DNA of 64,000 nucleotides from Euglena gracilis (Eukaryota), in NCBI GenBank assembly GCA_039621445.1, contig CP154954.1, positions 25,060,954 through 25,124,953 of the forward strand, in the 5' to 3' direction. The notes below the pieces were generated by a model. The model ran no database searches. It saw only the letters and a program-made list of their open reading frames with translations, and was not told where the DNA came from. This document shows positions 48,101-61,062 of this stretch, piece by piece (position 1 is the stretch's first letter; each line of letters begins with the position of its first letter). The translations under genes and the position numbers were made by a program.

Positions 48101-50405
48101 GGAAACAGCCCAAGGGTGTGAAAATGGGTGTCTGCACCCGACCCCTCTGGCTGCAATGCCATGGAGGTTCCAGCGTGTCGTCCGTGTTGGCCCCTCCTGT
48201 AGCTCTGCAGTGACTCATGCAGCGCCGTGCCCCACTTCCTCGCCCCTCCCGATGCGTAGGTTTGCGCTGGTTGGCATTGCTTGCCAACCTGCTCGCAGGC
48301 TGTATCGGCCCGCCTTTTGGAGGTTCTTTTCTTTGGGTATTGTGGAAATGGGCTTTCTGGGCTTCTGGCATCTTCAGCGCCGAAGGCACCTTGGCCAGGG
48401 GTTTTCTTAAGCCGGAGGGTACCATCCCCCGGGGGGGGGGTTCCAGCCAGCTAGCAGCTCAAATCCAGCCAGCAGCCCAAATTCGGGCTGGGAGCCCCCC
48501 CCCCCCCCCGGGGTCGAGTGAAATTAAGTTGGGTTCCAGCCCGGCCAGAGGCCGGGCCAGCCGGCCACAGGCTGTCCAGCCAACTGGGCTGCTCAGCTCA
48601 CCCATCCCTACATTTTCCCCCCTCATCACAGCTTCCTCCATCACAGCCCCTCCATCCATCAAAATGTCGAAATGGCAAAAAAGTTTTAGTTTTTTTCACC
48701 GACCCAGCCCAGCCCAGCCCCCTCCAGCCCGGGACTTGAATAGTGCTGAGCTCTTAATAAGCGCGCACCCACCCCTTCATTGATAAGCGCGCACACACCC
48801 CTTCATTGACCCCCCCATTTACACCGGCCCACTCTATGGAGCTCCTTTGACTGAAATGCAAGGGTTTTGTGCCCGAAACGGGGCGCCGAGACCCACCCAC
48901 CCTACCCCCTCCCCCACCGGGATCCAAACTTTTTAAAAATTTCCTTGGTTGGGACCTTGAACAAGGAAAATCTAACATGAAGAAAAGAATGGTGGCTTCA
49001 AAAATGTCAGAAAATCGCCAGAATTTTTTTTTAATTTTTTATAATTTAAAAAAAGAGGAAGAAAAAATTTATTCAAATTTCGTCCCCACCCCAGCCACGG
49101 CAACGCCCACTGGGGATGCTGCTAGCCCAGATTGCCAGCCTGAATTTCAAGGTGGGGTCGACCCCACCCTGGGGGGGTGTCCCAAAGGAACCCCCCAAAA
49201 TGAGACCCGGGTCTTTTTTGGGGGTCCGTTGCTGGAAACCTCCAGTCGGGTCGTATTTTGGGAAGTTTTATTTTTAGCTTTTCTCTTAGTCGACCGGGGC
49301 CTGAAAAAATCATCATTTTTCAGGTTCCCAAAAACACTAAGATTCTTCCTTCGGCGCTTCGCGCCATGTATGTACTGGTATAAATTGACATTTACCATGG
49401 TTTTTTTGCACTTCAAAAATCGGAAAATCTTTGAAATTTCATCATTTTTGTGACCGAAATTGGGCTTTTTGTTAATTTATCAGGGACATTTTTCACCGTC
49501 CCAGTGCTACGCATCGTCAGGGGGGTTATTTTGGCGGGGGGTTAGCACATCGGCCAAGGTCAGGAGCTTCTGAAGGGCCCCCCGGGGGGGGGGGGGAGCC
49601 TCCGGCTGGCAAAAAGGCTGCTGGCTGGAAATGAGCTGCTACCCCCTGGTCGTTGACCTCTTATCCCTTTATGGATAAGAGCGAAGCTTACACCCGGCGA
49701 AACCCCCCCCTCGACCCCCCCCTCCCCCCCCCCGGGTCGGGGCCACCAGGAGAACCGACGGATTATCACCATGATCCTGGCCCCGTTCCCGGAATTTTTT
49801 TTTCAGTCGCGAGCGACTGGATTTCTAGTTACCGAATCACCTGGGTTTGACCCCCAACTCCCTGCCAGGCCCGAGTTATTCACGCGCAAAGGGGTCCAAA
49901 ATGGGTAGAATCAGCCCGCCCCCCCCCCCCTGGTCAAGCCCCCCCCCCCCTTTGGACTCTGCCATTTCGGCCAAAAAATGTCAATTTTCAAAATATCTTT
50001 AAAATGAAGCCAAGTCAAAGAAATGTCTGGTGACCTAATTTGAAACCCTTGGAACGCCCCATCTACCGGTATTTTGATTTCCCCGCAACTCCCGCCTGGC
50101 CCGAGATACGGCCGTTTTCGGCGCAGATGGCCGTTTTGTACACTTTTCCCACTGTTCAACTTGGCCATTTTCGGGGGGTGGGCGGTCAAAAAATCGATGT
50201 TTTCAAAATTTCTCGAAAATGATTCAAAATCAACGGAAATGTCCGGAGACATAAATTGAAGCCCTTGGAACGCTCTAGCTACTGGGATTTTGGTTTCCCC
50301 GCAACTGCCCGCCCAGCCCGAGATACGGGCGTTTTTTGGCCAATTTAGGCCATTTTAGGCCATTTTGTACCCTTTTTCCACTGTTCGACTGAGCCATTTT
50401 CGGCC

Positions 50406-50835
50406 AAAAAAGTCGAAAAAGATCGAAAAAAGAAATTCCCCGAAACGATGTTTTTGGGCCTCCCGGACCCAGAAAAACTGTTTTTGAGCCGAAAACGAGC
50501 GTTTTTCGACCCGCTGGCGCCCCGTTTTGGGCCGCCGACCCATTGACTTTGGGTCAAAACCAGGTCAAAAAAGTCGAAAAAGATCGAAAATTTTTTTTTG
50601 CCCGAAACGGTGTTTTTTGGCCTCCCGGACCCAGAAAAACTGTTTTTGAGCCGAAAACGAGCGTTTTTCGACCCACCGGCGCCCCGTTTTGGGCCGTCGA
50701 CCCATTGACTTTGGGTCAAAACCAGGTCAAAAAGGTCGAAAAAGATCGAAAAAAAATTTTGCCCGAAACGATGTTTTTTGGCCTCCCGGACCCAGAAAAA
50801 CTGTTTTTGAGCCGAAACCGAGCGTTTTTCGACCC
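50406..50835. repeat. About 162-bp tandem repeat, about 2.7 copies
   Basis: aaaaagtcgaaaaagatcgaaaa recurs at about 50406, 50568 and 50729. Confidence 0.8.
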
Positions 50836-51015
50836 ACCTGCCAGACACTTTCCCGGCCTGACGGCTGTCACCGCCCACCGCCTGGGCGGTTCCCCCTTGA
50901 GAGCCCCTGCCGCAGACGGGGGTTTTGACCATGGCCATTTCCGCTTTTTTTTTGACCCCAAAGTGATCCCCAAAAATGTGGGTCCCCTGAACCGCCCCTC
51001 CCCCCCCCCGAAGGT

Positions 51016-51418
51016 AAACCCCAACCAAATATTACCCCCCCCCCAAATAATACCCCCCCCAAATAATACCCCCCCCCTTTGGTGTCTGACTTTGGCCGCC
51101 GAAATAATACTCCCCCCCGGATTTTTACCTGAAAATGAAGGTAAAAATCACAATCTCTGACAACATATTACGAAAAAAATCGATTCTTCTGGCTCATCAG
51201 ACCTCCAAAAAATGGTAAATTTCACAAGAAAGTGCAAAAAATGACCCCAAAGGGGGGGTTTTGGGTGCTGTTTTGGGGTTTACGGGACTTCGAAAAATTT
51301 CGAAAATTTTGGAAAAAATAATACCCCCCCCCCAAATAATACCCCCCCCCCCTCGGGCCGGGACTTCGGGCGAAAAAATAATACCCCGGGGGGTATTGTT
51401 TGGGGGGGGGTGGTATTA
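51016..51418. mobile_element. TA-flanked MITE (AAATAATACCCCC subrepeats) found only in triplication copy 1
   Basis: Absent at the homologous sites near 54495 and 57577. Inverted C-rich/G-rich ends. Confidence 0.75.
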
Positions 51419-52762
51419 CCAACCTGGATGGATGGGTTGGAACCCCCCAACTCCTCCGCGGCCTTAAAAAATGGGGGCTTGGAGCCCATTGAGCACCTCC
51501 GACCCGTGTCCCAAGCCTTCTGGCCTATCCCACAGTGCCACGTTGCTCTGCTATTGTGGAAACGCCGACGAGTGCCATGATTGCGGCGCCCCCTGATTGT
51601 GGAAGTGGCTACGCGGCCAGGCACCTGTGTCTAAAACAGGGCCTAAAATGACTTCCCAACCCTTGTTAATCCTTGTCAATAACACTTTCGGGAATATTGC
51701 TGTGTCTCGGACAAGGGCTGGGTGGGAATGAAAAATAAAATAACTGCCTGAATTAATTGTAATACACAGGTATTGTCATGAGTGGCAAAAATGGCACGAA
51801 ACTCGGAACACACGCGTAGAGCATCCACAAAGATTGCTTTTTGCAGCTTCGTGTTTTTTTAATCAAATTCTTCCGACAACGTAATGATTTTGTACAGAAA
51901 CAGCAATTGTGGTGCAATCATCGTTGATTCTATCCTTCTTTGTAGTGCGTGCTTTCTTAAAAAAGTCTCCTGAAAAATGGGTGTTTTGAAAAATCGCTCC
52001 AGAGTTTTTGAATTTCAGAACAAAGGTGTCTAAATTGGTGGTCTCCAAATTCAGCGGAGATGACCAGGTCTCACCCCACCCCCCGCTGACCCCTCCCTGT
52101 GGGGTCAGGTTTTGGGGCAGGGAGTGTAGCGTTGTGCCCCCCCCCCCCCCCCCGAGCGCTTGGCCCCCCTCCTCCTCACATGCAAACCTGGCCGCCCTGA
52201 AGCTGACTTCAGGAAAATATTTGACTGTTGGCTTGCGCTGGACCCAAACCGCACCCCCCCCCCCGGGGATTATGCGCAGCAGAATCTCTTCTGTCAGGAT
52301 TTCCCCTTCCCACGGATTTTTGAACAGAGCCTCACCTAGATTTGATCAGTTTTCATGAATACGTCCCTGCTTCCTTTGACATGGGTTTCTGATTGAAGAC
52401 TTGTGAACGTCTGATGAATCATTGGACTTTCAGAACAACCCAGTTTTGGTCAAGAAAAAATTTTGGTGGAAACAGCCCAAGGGTGTGAAAATGGGTGTCT
52501 GCACCCGACCCCTCTGGCTGCAATGCCATGGAGGTTCCAGCGTGTCGCCCATGTTGGCCCCTCCTGTAGCTCTGCAGTGACTCATGCAGCGCCGTGCCCC
52601 ACTTCCTCGCCCCTCCCGATGCGTAGGTTTGCGCTGGTTGGCATTGCTTGCCAACCTGCTCGCAGGCTGTATCGGCCCGCCTTTTGGAGGTTCTTTTCTT
52701 TGGGTATTGTGGAAATGGGCTTTCTGGGCTTCTGGCATCTTCAGCGCCGAAGGCACCTTGGC

Positions 52763-54086
52763 CAGGGGTTTTCTTAAGCCGGAGGGTACCATCCCCCGGG
52801 GGGGTCCAGCCAGCCAGCAGCTCAAATCCAGCCAGCAGCCCAAATTCGGGCTGGGAGCCCCCCCCCCCCCGGGGTCGAGTGAAATAAAGTTGGGTTCCAG
52901 CCCGGCCAGAGGCCGGGCCAGCCGGCCACAGGCTGGCCAGCCAACTGGGCTGCTCAGCTCACCCATCCCTGCATTTTCCCCCCTCATCACAGCTTCCTCC
53001 ATCACAGCCCCTCCATCCATCAAGATGTCGAAAATGGCAAAAAGTTTTAGTTTTTTTCACCGACCCAGCCCAGCCCAGCCCCCTCCAGCCCGGGACTTGA
53101 ATAGTGCTGAGCTCTTAATAAGCGCTCACCCACCCCTTCATTGACACCCCCATATAAACCAGCGCACTCCATGGAGCTCTGTTGACTGAAATGCAAGGGT
53201 TTTGTGCCCGAAACGGGGCGCCGGGGGGTGAAGAAACACTCATTTTTGGCTAAATACACCTTTTCCGGGTCCGGGAGGCCAAAAAACAGCGCTTTTAGCG
53301 AAAATTTTTTTTGGATTGTTTCGAATTTTTTGACCCAAAAATGACCGGAAGTGAGTGGGTTGACAGCCCAAAACGGGGCGCTGGCGGGTCGAAAAACGCT
53401 CATTTTCGGCCCAAAAACAGTTTTTCTGGGTTCGGGAGGCCCGTATCTCGGGCTACGCGAACAGCTGCGGGGAAATCAAAAATACCGGTAGATGGAGTGT
53501 TCCAAGGGCTTCAAATTAAGTCTCCGGACATTTCCTTTAATTTGGCTTCATTTTGGAGATATTTTGAAAATTGACATTTTTTTCGCCGAAATGGCAGAGT
53601 CCAAAGGGGGGGGGGGCTTATCCAGGGGTGGGTGGGCCAATCCTACCCAGTTTGGACCCCTTCGCGGGTGAATAACTCGGGCCTGGCAGGGAGTTGGGGG
53701 TCAAACCCAGGTGATTCGGAAACTCGGAATCCAGTCGCTCGCGACTGAATTTTTTTTTTCGGGAACGGGGCCAGGATCATGGTGATAATCCGTCGGTTCC
53801 CGAGGTGGCCCTGAGGGGGGGGGAGGGGTGGGTTCGGGGGTTTCCCCCAGGGGTAAGCTTCCCTCTTACCCATAAAGGGATAAGAGCTCAGCGACCCCCC
53901 CCCTATACCCCCCAGGGGGGGGGGTAGCAGCTCATTTCCACCAGCCCAGCCCAGCCCCCTCCAGCCCGGGACCCTCCCCCCCCCCCTAATTCCCCTGGGG
54001 GGGGTAGCAGCTCATTTCCAGCCAGCAGCCTTTTTTTGCCAGCCGGAGGCTGGACCCCACCCCGAGGATCCTTAAGAAAACCCCTG
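52763..54086. mobile_element. 1.3-kb composite hAT-like non-autonomous element, perfect 16-bp TIR, 8-bp TSD ACCTTGGC
   Basis: caggggttttcttaag / cttaagaaaacccctg. TSD at 52755-52762 and 54087-54094. Confidence 0.9.
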
Positions 54087-55837
54087 ACCTTGGCCGATGT
54101 GCTAACCCCCCGCCAAAATAACCCCCCTGACGATGCGTAGCACTGGGACCTCTTTTTTAAATTATAAAAATTCAAAAATCTGGCGATTTTCTGACATTTT
54201 TGAAGCCACCATTCTTTTCTTCATGTTAGATTTTCCTTGTCCAAGGTCCCAACCAAGGAAATTTTTAAAATTTTTGGATCCCGGTGGGGGGGGTGTGGGG
54301 GGGGTGGGTCTGCCAGACACTTTCCCGGCCTGACGGCTGTCGCCGCCTCTCACCGTCTGGGCGGTTCCCCCAAGGACCTTGAGAGCCCCTGCCGCAGACG
54401 GGGGTTTTGACCATGGCCATTTCCGCTTTTTTTTTTGACCCCAAAGTGATCCCCAAAAATGTGGGTCCCCTGAACCGCCCCCCCCCCCCCCGACGGTATT
54501 CCTGGGTGGATGGGTTGGAACCCCCCAACTCCTCCGCGGCCTTAAAAAATGGGGGCTTGGAGCCCATTGAGCACCTCCGACCCGTGTCCCAAGCCTTCTG
54601 GCCTATCCCACAGTGCCACGTTGCTCTGCTATTGTGGAAACGCCGACGAGTGCCATGATTGCGGCGCCCCCTGATTGTGGAAGTGGCTACGCGGCCAGGC
54701 ACCTGTGTCTAAAACAGGGCCTAAAATGACTTCCCAACCCTTGTTAATCCTTGTCAATAACACTTTCGGGAATATTGCTGTGTCTCGGACAAGGGCTGGG
54801 TGGGAATGAAAAATAAAATAACTGCCTGAATTAATTGTAATACACAGGTATTGTCATGAGTGGCAAAAATGGCACGAAACTCGGAACACACGCGTAGAGC
54901 ATCCACAAAGATTGCTTTTTGCAGCTTCGTGTTTTTTTAATCAAATTCTTCCGACAATGTAATGATTTTGTACAGAAACAGCAATTGTGGTGCAATCATC
55001 GTTGATTCTATCCTTCTTTGTAGTGCGTGCTTTCTTAAAAAAGTCTCCTGAGAAATGGGCGTTTTGAAAAATCGCTCCAGAGTTTTTGAATTTCAGAACA
55101 AAGGTGTCTAAATTGGTGGTCTCCAAATTCAGCGGAGATGACCAGGTCCCCCCCCCCCCCCCGCCCGCCCCCCCCCGGGGGGTCAGGTTTTGGGGCAGGG
55201 AGTGTAGCGTTGTGCCCCCCCCCCCCCCGAGCGCTTGGCCCCCCTCCTCCTCACATGCAAACCTGGCCGCCCTGAAGCTGACTTCAGGAAAATATTTGAC
55301 TGTTGGCTTGCGCTGGACCCAAACCGCACCCCCCCCCCCCGGGGATTATGCGCAGCAGAATCTCTTCTGTCAGGATTTCCCTTCCCACGGATTTTTGAAC
55401 AGAGCCTCACCTAGATTTGATCAGTTTTCATGAATACGTCCCTGCTTCCTTTGACATGGGTTTCTGATTGAAGACTTGTGAACGTCTGATGAATCATTGG
55501 ACTTTCAGAACAACCCAGTTTTGGTCAAGAAAAAATTTTGGTGGAAACAGCCCAAGGGTGTGAAAATGGGTGTCTGCACCCGACCCCTCTGGCTGCAATG
55601 CCATGGAGGTTCCAGCGTGTCGTCCGTGTTGGCCCCTCCTGTAGCTCTGCAGTGACTCATGCAGCGCCGTGCCCCACTTCCTCGCCCCTCCCGATGCGTA
55701 GGTTTGCGCTGGTTGGCATTGCTTGCCAACCTGCTCGCAGGCTGTATCGGCCCGCCTTTTGGAGGTTCTTTTCTTTGGGTATTGTGGAAATGGGCTTTCT
55801 GGGCTTCTGGCATCTTCAGCGCCGAAGGCACCTTGGC

Positions 55838-57161
55838 CAGGGGTTTTCTTAAGCCGGAGGGTACCATCCCCCGGGGGGGGGGTTCCAGCCAGCTAGCAGC
55901 TCAAATCCAGCCAGCAGCCCAAATTCGGGCTGGGAGCCCCCCCCCCCCGGGGTCGAGTGAAATTAAGTTGGGTTCCAGCCCGGCCAGAGGCCGGGCCAGC
56001 CGGCCACAGGCTGTCCAGCCAACTGGGCTGCTCAGCTCACCCATCCCTACATTTTCCCCCCTCATCACAGCTTCCTCCATCACAGCCCCTCCATCCATCA
56101 AAATGTCGAAAATGGCAAAAAGTTTTAGTTTTTTTCACCGACCCAGCCCAGCCCAGCCCCCTCCAGCCCGGGACTTGAATAGTGCTGAGCTCTTAATAAG
56201 CGCTCACCCACCCCTTCATTGACACCCCCATATAAACCAGCGCACTCCATGGAGCTCTGTTGACTGAAATGCAAGGGTTTTGTGCCCGAAACGGGGCGCC
56301 GGGGGGTGAAGAAACACTCATTTTTGGCTAAATACACCTTTTCCGGGTCCGGGAGGCCAAAAAACAGCGCTTTTAGCGAAATTTTTTTTTGGATTGTTTC
56401 GAATTTTTTGACCCAAAAATGACCGGAAGTGAGTGGGTTGACAGCCCAAAACGGGGCGCTGGCGGGTCGAAAAACGCTCATTTTCGGCCCAAAAACAGTT
56501 TTTCTGGGTTCGGGAGGCCCGTATCTCGGGCTACGCGAACAGCTGCGGGGAAATCAAAAATACCGGTAGATGGAGTGTTCCAAGGGCTTCAAATTAAGTC
56601 TCCGGACATTTCCTTTAATTTGGCTTCATTTTGGAGATATTTTGAAAATTGACATTTTTTCGCCGAAATGGCAGAGTCCAAAGGGGGGGGGGGCTTATCC
56701 AGGGGGGGGTGGGCCAATCCTACCCAGTTTGGACCCCTTCGCGGGTGAATAACTCGGGCCTGGCAGGGAGTTGGGGGTCAAACCCAGGTGATTCGGAAAC
56801 TCGGAATCCAGTCGCTCGCGACTGAATTTTTTTTTTCGGGAACGGGGCCAGGATCATGGTGATAATCCGTCGGTTCCCGAGGTGGCCCTGAGGGGGGGGG
56901 AGGGGTGGGTTCGGGGGTTTCCCCCAGGGGTAAGCTTCCCTCTTACCCATAAAGGGATAAGAGCTCAGCGACCCCCCCCCTATACCCCCCAGGGGGGGGG
57001 TAGCAGCTCATTTCCACCAGCCCAGCCCAGCCCCCTCCAGCCCGGGACCCTCCCCCCCCCCTAATTCCCCTGGGGGGGGTAGCAGCTCATTTCCAGCCAG
57101 CAGCCTTTTTTTGCCAGCCGGAGGCTGGACCCCACCCCGAGGATCCTTAAGAAAACCCCTG
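55838..57161. mobile_element. Segmentally duplicated copy of the 52763-54086 element
   Basis: Same TIRs and same TSD (55830-55837 and 57162-57169). Confidence 0.9.
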
Positions 57162-58847
57162 ACCTTGGCCGATGTGCTAACCCCCCGCCAAAATAACCCC
57201 CCTGACGATGCGTAGCACTGGGACCTCTTTTTTAAATTATAAAATTCAAAAATCTGGCGATTTTCTGACATTTTTGAAGCCACCACTTCTTTTCTTCATG
57301 TTAAATTTTCCTTGTCCAAGGTCCCAACCAAGGAAATTTTTAAAATTTTTGGATCCCGGTGGGGGGGGTGGGGGGGGGTGGGTGGGTCTGCCAGACACTT
57401 TCCCGGCCTGACAGCTGTCACCGCCTCTCACCGTCTGGGCGGTTCCCCCAAGGACCTTGAGAGCCCCTGCCGCAGACGGGGGTTTTGACCATGGCCATTT
57501 CCGCTTTTTTTTTGACCCCAAAGTGATCCCCAAAAATGTGAGTCCCCTGAACCGTCCCTCCCCCCCCCCCCGAAGGTACTCCTGGGTGGATGGGTTGGGA
57601 ACCCCCCAACACCTCCGCGACCTAAAAAAAATGGGGGCTTGGAGCCCATTGAGCACCTCCGACCCGTGTCCCCAGCCTTCTGGCCTATCCCACAGTGCCA
57701 CGTTTTGATTGGCCACTGCCACTGAGGTACGTCTCCCACTGGGTCTCTTGGGAGCGGGGTTGCTGCGATACCGATGGCTCGAGGCCTGATGGGAGGGTAG
57801 GTGGGACGGCCGCGTAATGGGTGAATCTGACCTGCCAGCCAGAGGCTGTTGTGTGGCAATGCAGCCCTTCAGCAAACGAACCAAGTGGCTCCTCACATTT
57901 TCCCAGTGCCTCGGTCATCTTTGTCACACCCAAAACGAGCTGGAGGTCAACCCAGTGACAGTGAGTTGCAGCAATGTCTCGAAATATTTAGCCAGAAAAC
58001 TTCATTTTTTTAAAAAAAAGCCCGGGGAAGTACTGAAAAGAAAACATGACGACATGGCATAAATTTTGTGAATATGCTTCTTGCTAAATTTTGTGAATAT
58101 GCTTTAAGGACATTTTTGTTTTTACAATGACGCAACACGAGGCAGCAAGCAGAAAGACTTAATAAATTGGCCACCTCTCCCAAGGCACCACATTGGCACA
58201 GCAAATGCACTGTTGAAATACGGCATGGGGTGGTTCCTTCAACAGCAAACGCCGGGTGTCGTCCCAGAAAAGCGTCTTTGACGTGGGAGGGGGTGGCAAA
58301 TACATTCTGTACCTTGGGCAAGGGGGTAACTGGTTCATATGCACGGTGTTTTCCTGAGCTTTCCCCCTAACTGATTTTGTCACCAGCGACCAATCTGCCG
58401 GAGGGGACTCGTGGAATGCGTTGGTTGAGTGAGAGATTCTCGTTTCCCCGAAATTTCAACCCCCAGCGCCACCTTTTGGCCCGAAACCCATGGATTTTGA
58501 GTCAAAACTGGGTCAAAAAAGCGGAAAAAATAATGTAAATCTGCGAAATTCGCAGTCCTAGTCTTTTCCAACGTCCATTACGTGCAGCTCCCTTGTGGTG
58601 AACCCTCCGGGTGAACTGCCTCCGGCCACCCGGCCTTCCCATATTGCACGAGGGGGATCTGGGGAGGACGCCGTGTTTGATTTGTGCCTGTCCCGGCGTT
58701 GCACCACCACCAAAGCAGCCAGTGAGCTGGGCCCGACTGAGCCAAGGCTTGCCCCCCCCGACCGGCACCTGCCCCGTCCCGTCCCCGTCTGTCCCGGCAG
58801 CCGACCTCCCTCCAAAACGTGATGCACCCGATGGGCCCCCTGGGCTT

Positions 58848-58948
58848 CTCCGTCAACCTGCTGGCGACGGGCCCTCTGGCGGTGATGGGGCTCGCCTGCG
58901 GCGTCTACATGGCGGAGGAGGCCGCCGCGGCGCGCCGCTGCCTCGTCC
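58848..58948 (+). CDS. Exon encoding a hydrophobic helix (SVNLLATGPLAVMGLACGVYMAEEAAAARRCLV)
   Basis: GC3-rich open frame. The downstream intron end gcgcccgcagcctgccccttgg pairs with ccaaggtgccgcacggggcgc (about 59840-59860), joining in frame to VLLELL at about 59864. Confidence 0.65.
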
Positions 58949-59035
58949 GGCGCCCGCAGCCTGCCCCTTGGTCCCTCCCAGAGGGACGAGCCCTCGTGCA
59001 CACTCCCCCTCAAATAACAGCCCTCCCCCCAAATA

Positions 59036-59297
59036 CCGGGGGGGGAAAAATTTTGCCCTAGAGAAAATTTGCACGGACAAATTTCGCGGAAGCAAATCCC
59101 GCGAAATATTTCCGGACATTTTTAAGGAATCCCGCAAAATTTTTGTCCATGTATTCCCTTTCAGGCCATTTTTGCTTCACAGAAAAAAAAATCCCGCAAA
59201 ATATTTCCGGACATTTTTAAGGAATCCCGCGAAATTTGTCGTCCGCGAAATTTGTCGCCGCAAAATTTCTCTGGCACAAAAATTTCCCCCCCCCCGG
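59036..59297. mobile_element. Tc1/mariner-like MITE with TA TSD
   Basis: ta-ccgggggggggaaaaattttg ... caaaaatttccccccccccgg-ta, with an internal direct repeat aaatatttccggacatttttaaggaatcccgc. Confidence 0.8.
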
Positions 59298-60992
59298 TAA
59301 TAACACCCCCCATCAGGAGCCATTTCTGTGCAAAGCAGCTCAAAAATATGCACCCTTTTCCACCCAAAATAAATAACACCAACAAAAATCTGTCATATTT
59401 TCATGGGTATCATCATCATCAGCCCAATCGAAGGTAGGTGCAAATGGTTCGTCCTGGAATCTCGAGGACGCAGGGTACCCTTTTTCTGAGGCAACACCTC
59501 GAGAACCAGCCACATCCCATGATTTTAGCCGCCTGTCTGAATAGCAGCCGTAGAGGACAAGTGTGGGGGGGTTTATGGGACAGGATTCTTCCATGGTTGG
59601 ATCCAGTGCTTGGTGGTCAGTTGGGTTCGTAGACCCTGACAGCTTGTGGAAACACCCTGCAGTGGACCTCTGGTGCTCTGGTGCTGACTCACAGAGGTCA
59701 GCACCCCGTCCCGCTCTTCTTGGCTGGTCCGACGTGTTCGCATTGCATTTTTTCCAACACTACATCTCATGCGTTGTTCGGAATGGGTTCAGATTTTTTT
59801 TTAGCGAGATTTTTGTAATTTGACAAAAAAAGACGGTGCCCAAGGTGCCGCACGGGGCGCACAAGGTCCTCCTTGAACTCCTCGAAAGGGACCCTCTGGA
59901 CTCAACACAAAATCCTAATGATTGGAGCGGCCATGCCATCCACAATCCTGGTGGGTGGCTCCCCCCATCTGTCCAAGGCACAATGTCGTTGACGCCCCCC
60001 CCCCCTCTGCCAACTCCGCATTTCTTGAACTTTTTGAACATGCGCCATTTCCAGAAAAAAATCTGCCAAAATTTGAAACTAAACCGGTTGGATCCTGCCC
60101 GCAACCCCACTTTGCCCAAACAGCACCAAACTTGCATAAAAGAATTTTATGTATCATTGCTGTCCCCGAATAATGCCGTTCCATTGACACACCGTGTCGT
60201 TGAGACCCCCCCCCCCCCGATGCCAATGCCACAGTCCTGGTACATTGGCATGCCTAGGATGAGGGGGGGGGTATTAATGTCAAATAATTCGAAGAGTGCT
60301 GGGAAATCCAGGCATTAGTTTAAAATGTGTATTTTTGGCTCTTTACCTTGAGGTGAGATTCACCCAAGTGATGACGTCTCAAACGATACACCCCTGCCAG
60401 GTTCACTATTAGGGGGGGGGTTGTTTCGCAGATCCTTTTGAGGAACTGAAACAGTTCACTAACAAAAGGAAGTTCGTACCCCAAAGAAAATCACCCCTCT
60501 CCGCTCATATCCATAAAATTCAACAAGGAATCATTCAGATATCAAAGGAGAAAAGGGAAAGAACGACAAGTGCGTTTTTTTGGTGCGCATTTGCGTGTTC
60601 TTTTGGCGATTTTTTGAGTGCTGGGAACAAAATTGACATCTACATTTTTGATATTTCTCCCTTGCCGTTGAAAATTTCGAGCAAATGAACGGACCCCCCC
60701 CCCCCAGCCCACTGAAAACGACACCTGAGAAGTGCTGTTTTGAACCACATTTTTTCTGCTGCCCATCCTGGACAGTTCTGCCTTGCTGTGCCTGTCATCC
60801 CCCCCGGTTGATGTCGGACCGTCTGCCGTCCAATGCAAGAAACAATTTTTTTTCAACTTGATTTAGTTCCTGCGGGATCGCGATCCCGCTGCCATTCATC
60901 CCGAGTCCGTCCTCGCCCACCCACCGTGCCACTCCCCTGCCCCGGGGCCCCTCCATCCGGGAGGCCCGACCCCCCCTCGCCCCTCTGCCGCC

Positions 60993-61062
60993 GCGGCCTG
61001 GACCGGCAGTTCGTGTGGCGCCTCATCCAGAAGCACCCGCTGGCCCTCACCGCCAACCTGTA
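60993..61062 (+). CDS. Exon near the 3' end of the second gene (GLDRQFVWRLIQKHPLALTANL)
   Basis: Strong GC3 codon bias, CTG 8 nt upstream of the start. It ends either at TAG 61061-61063 or at a small stem intron at about 61063-61147. Confidence 0.6.

Larger units (their letters stand above)
47178..57703. repeat. Tandem triplication: copy 1 about 47178-51546 (rearranged), copies 2 and 3 about 51547-54624 and 54625-57703 (period 3078)
   Basis: The METTNLDTF ORFs start at 47679, 52048 and 55126. The MVETAQG ORFs start at 48096, 52463 and 55538. Confidence 0.95.
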
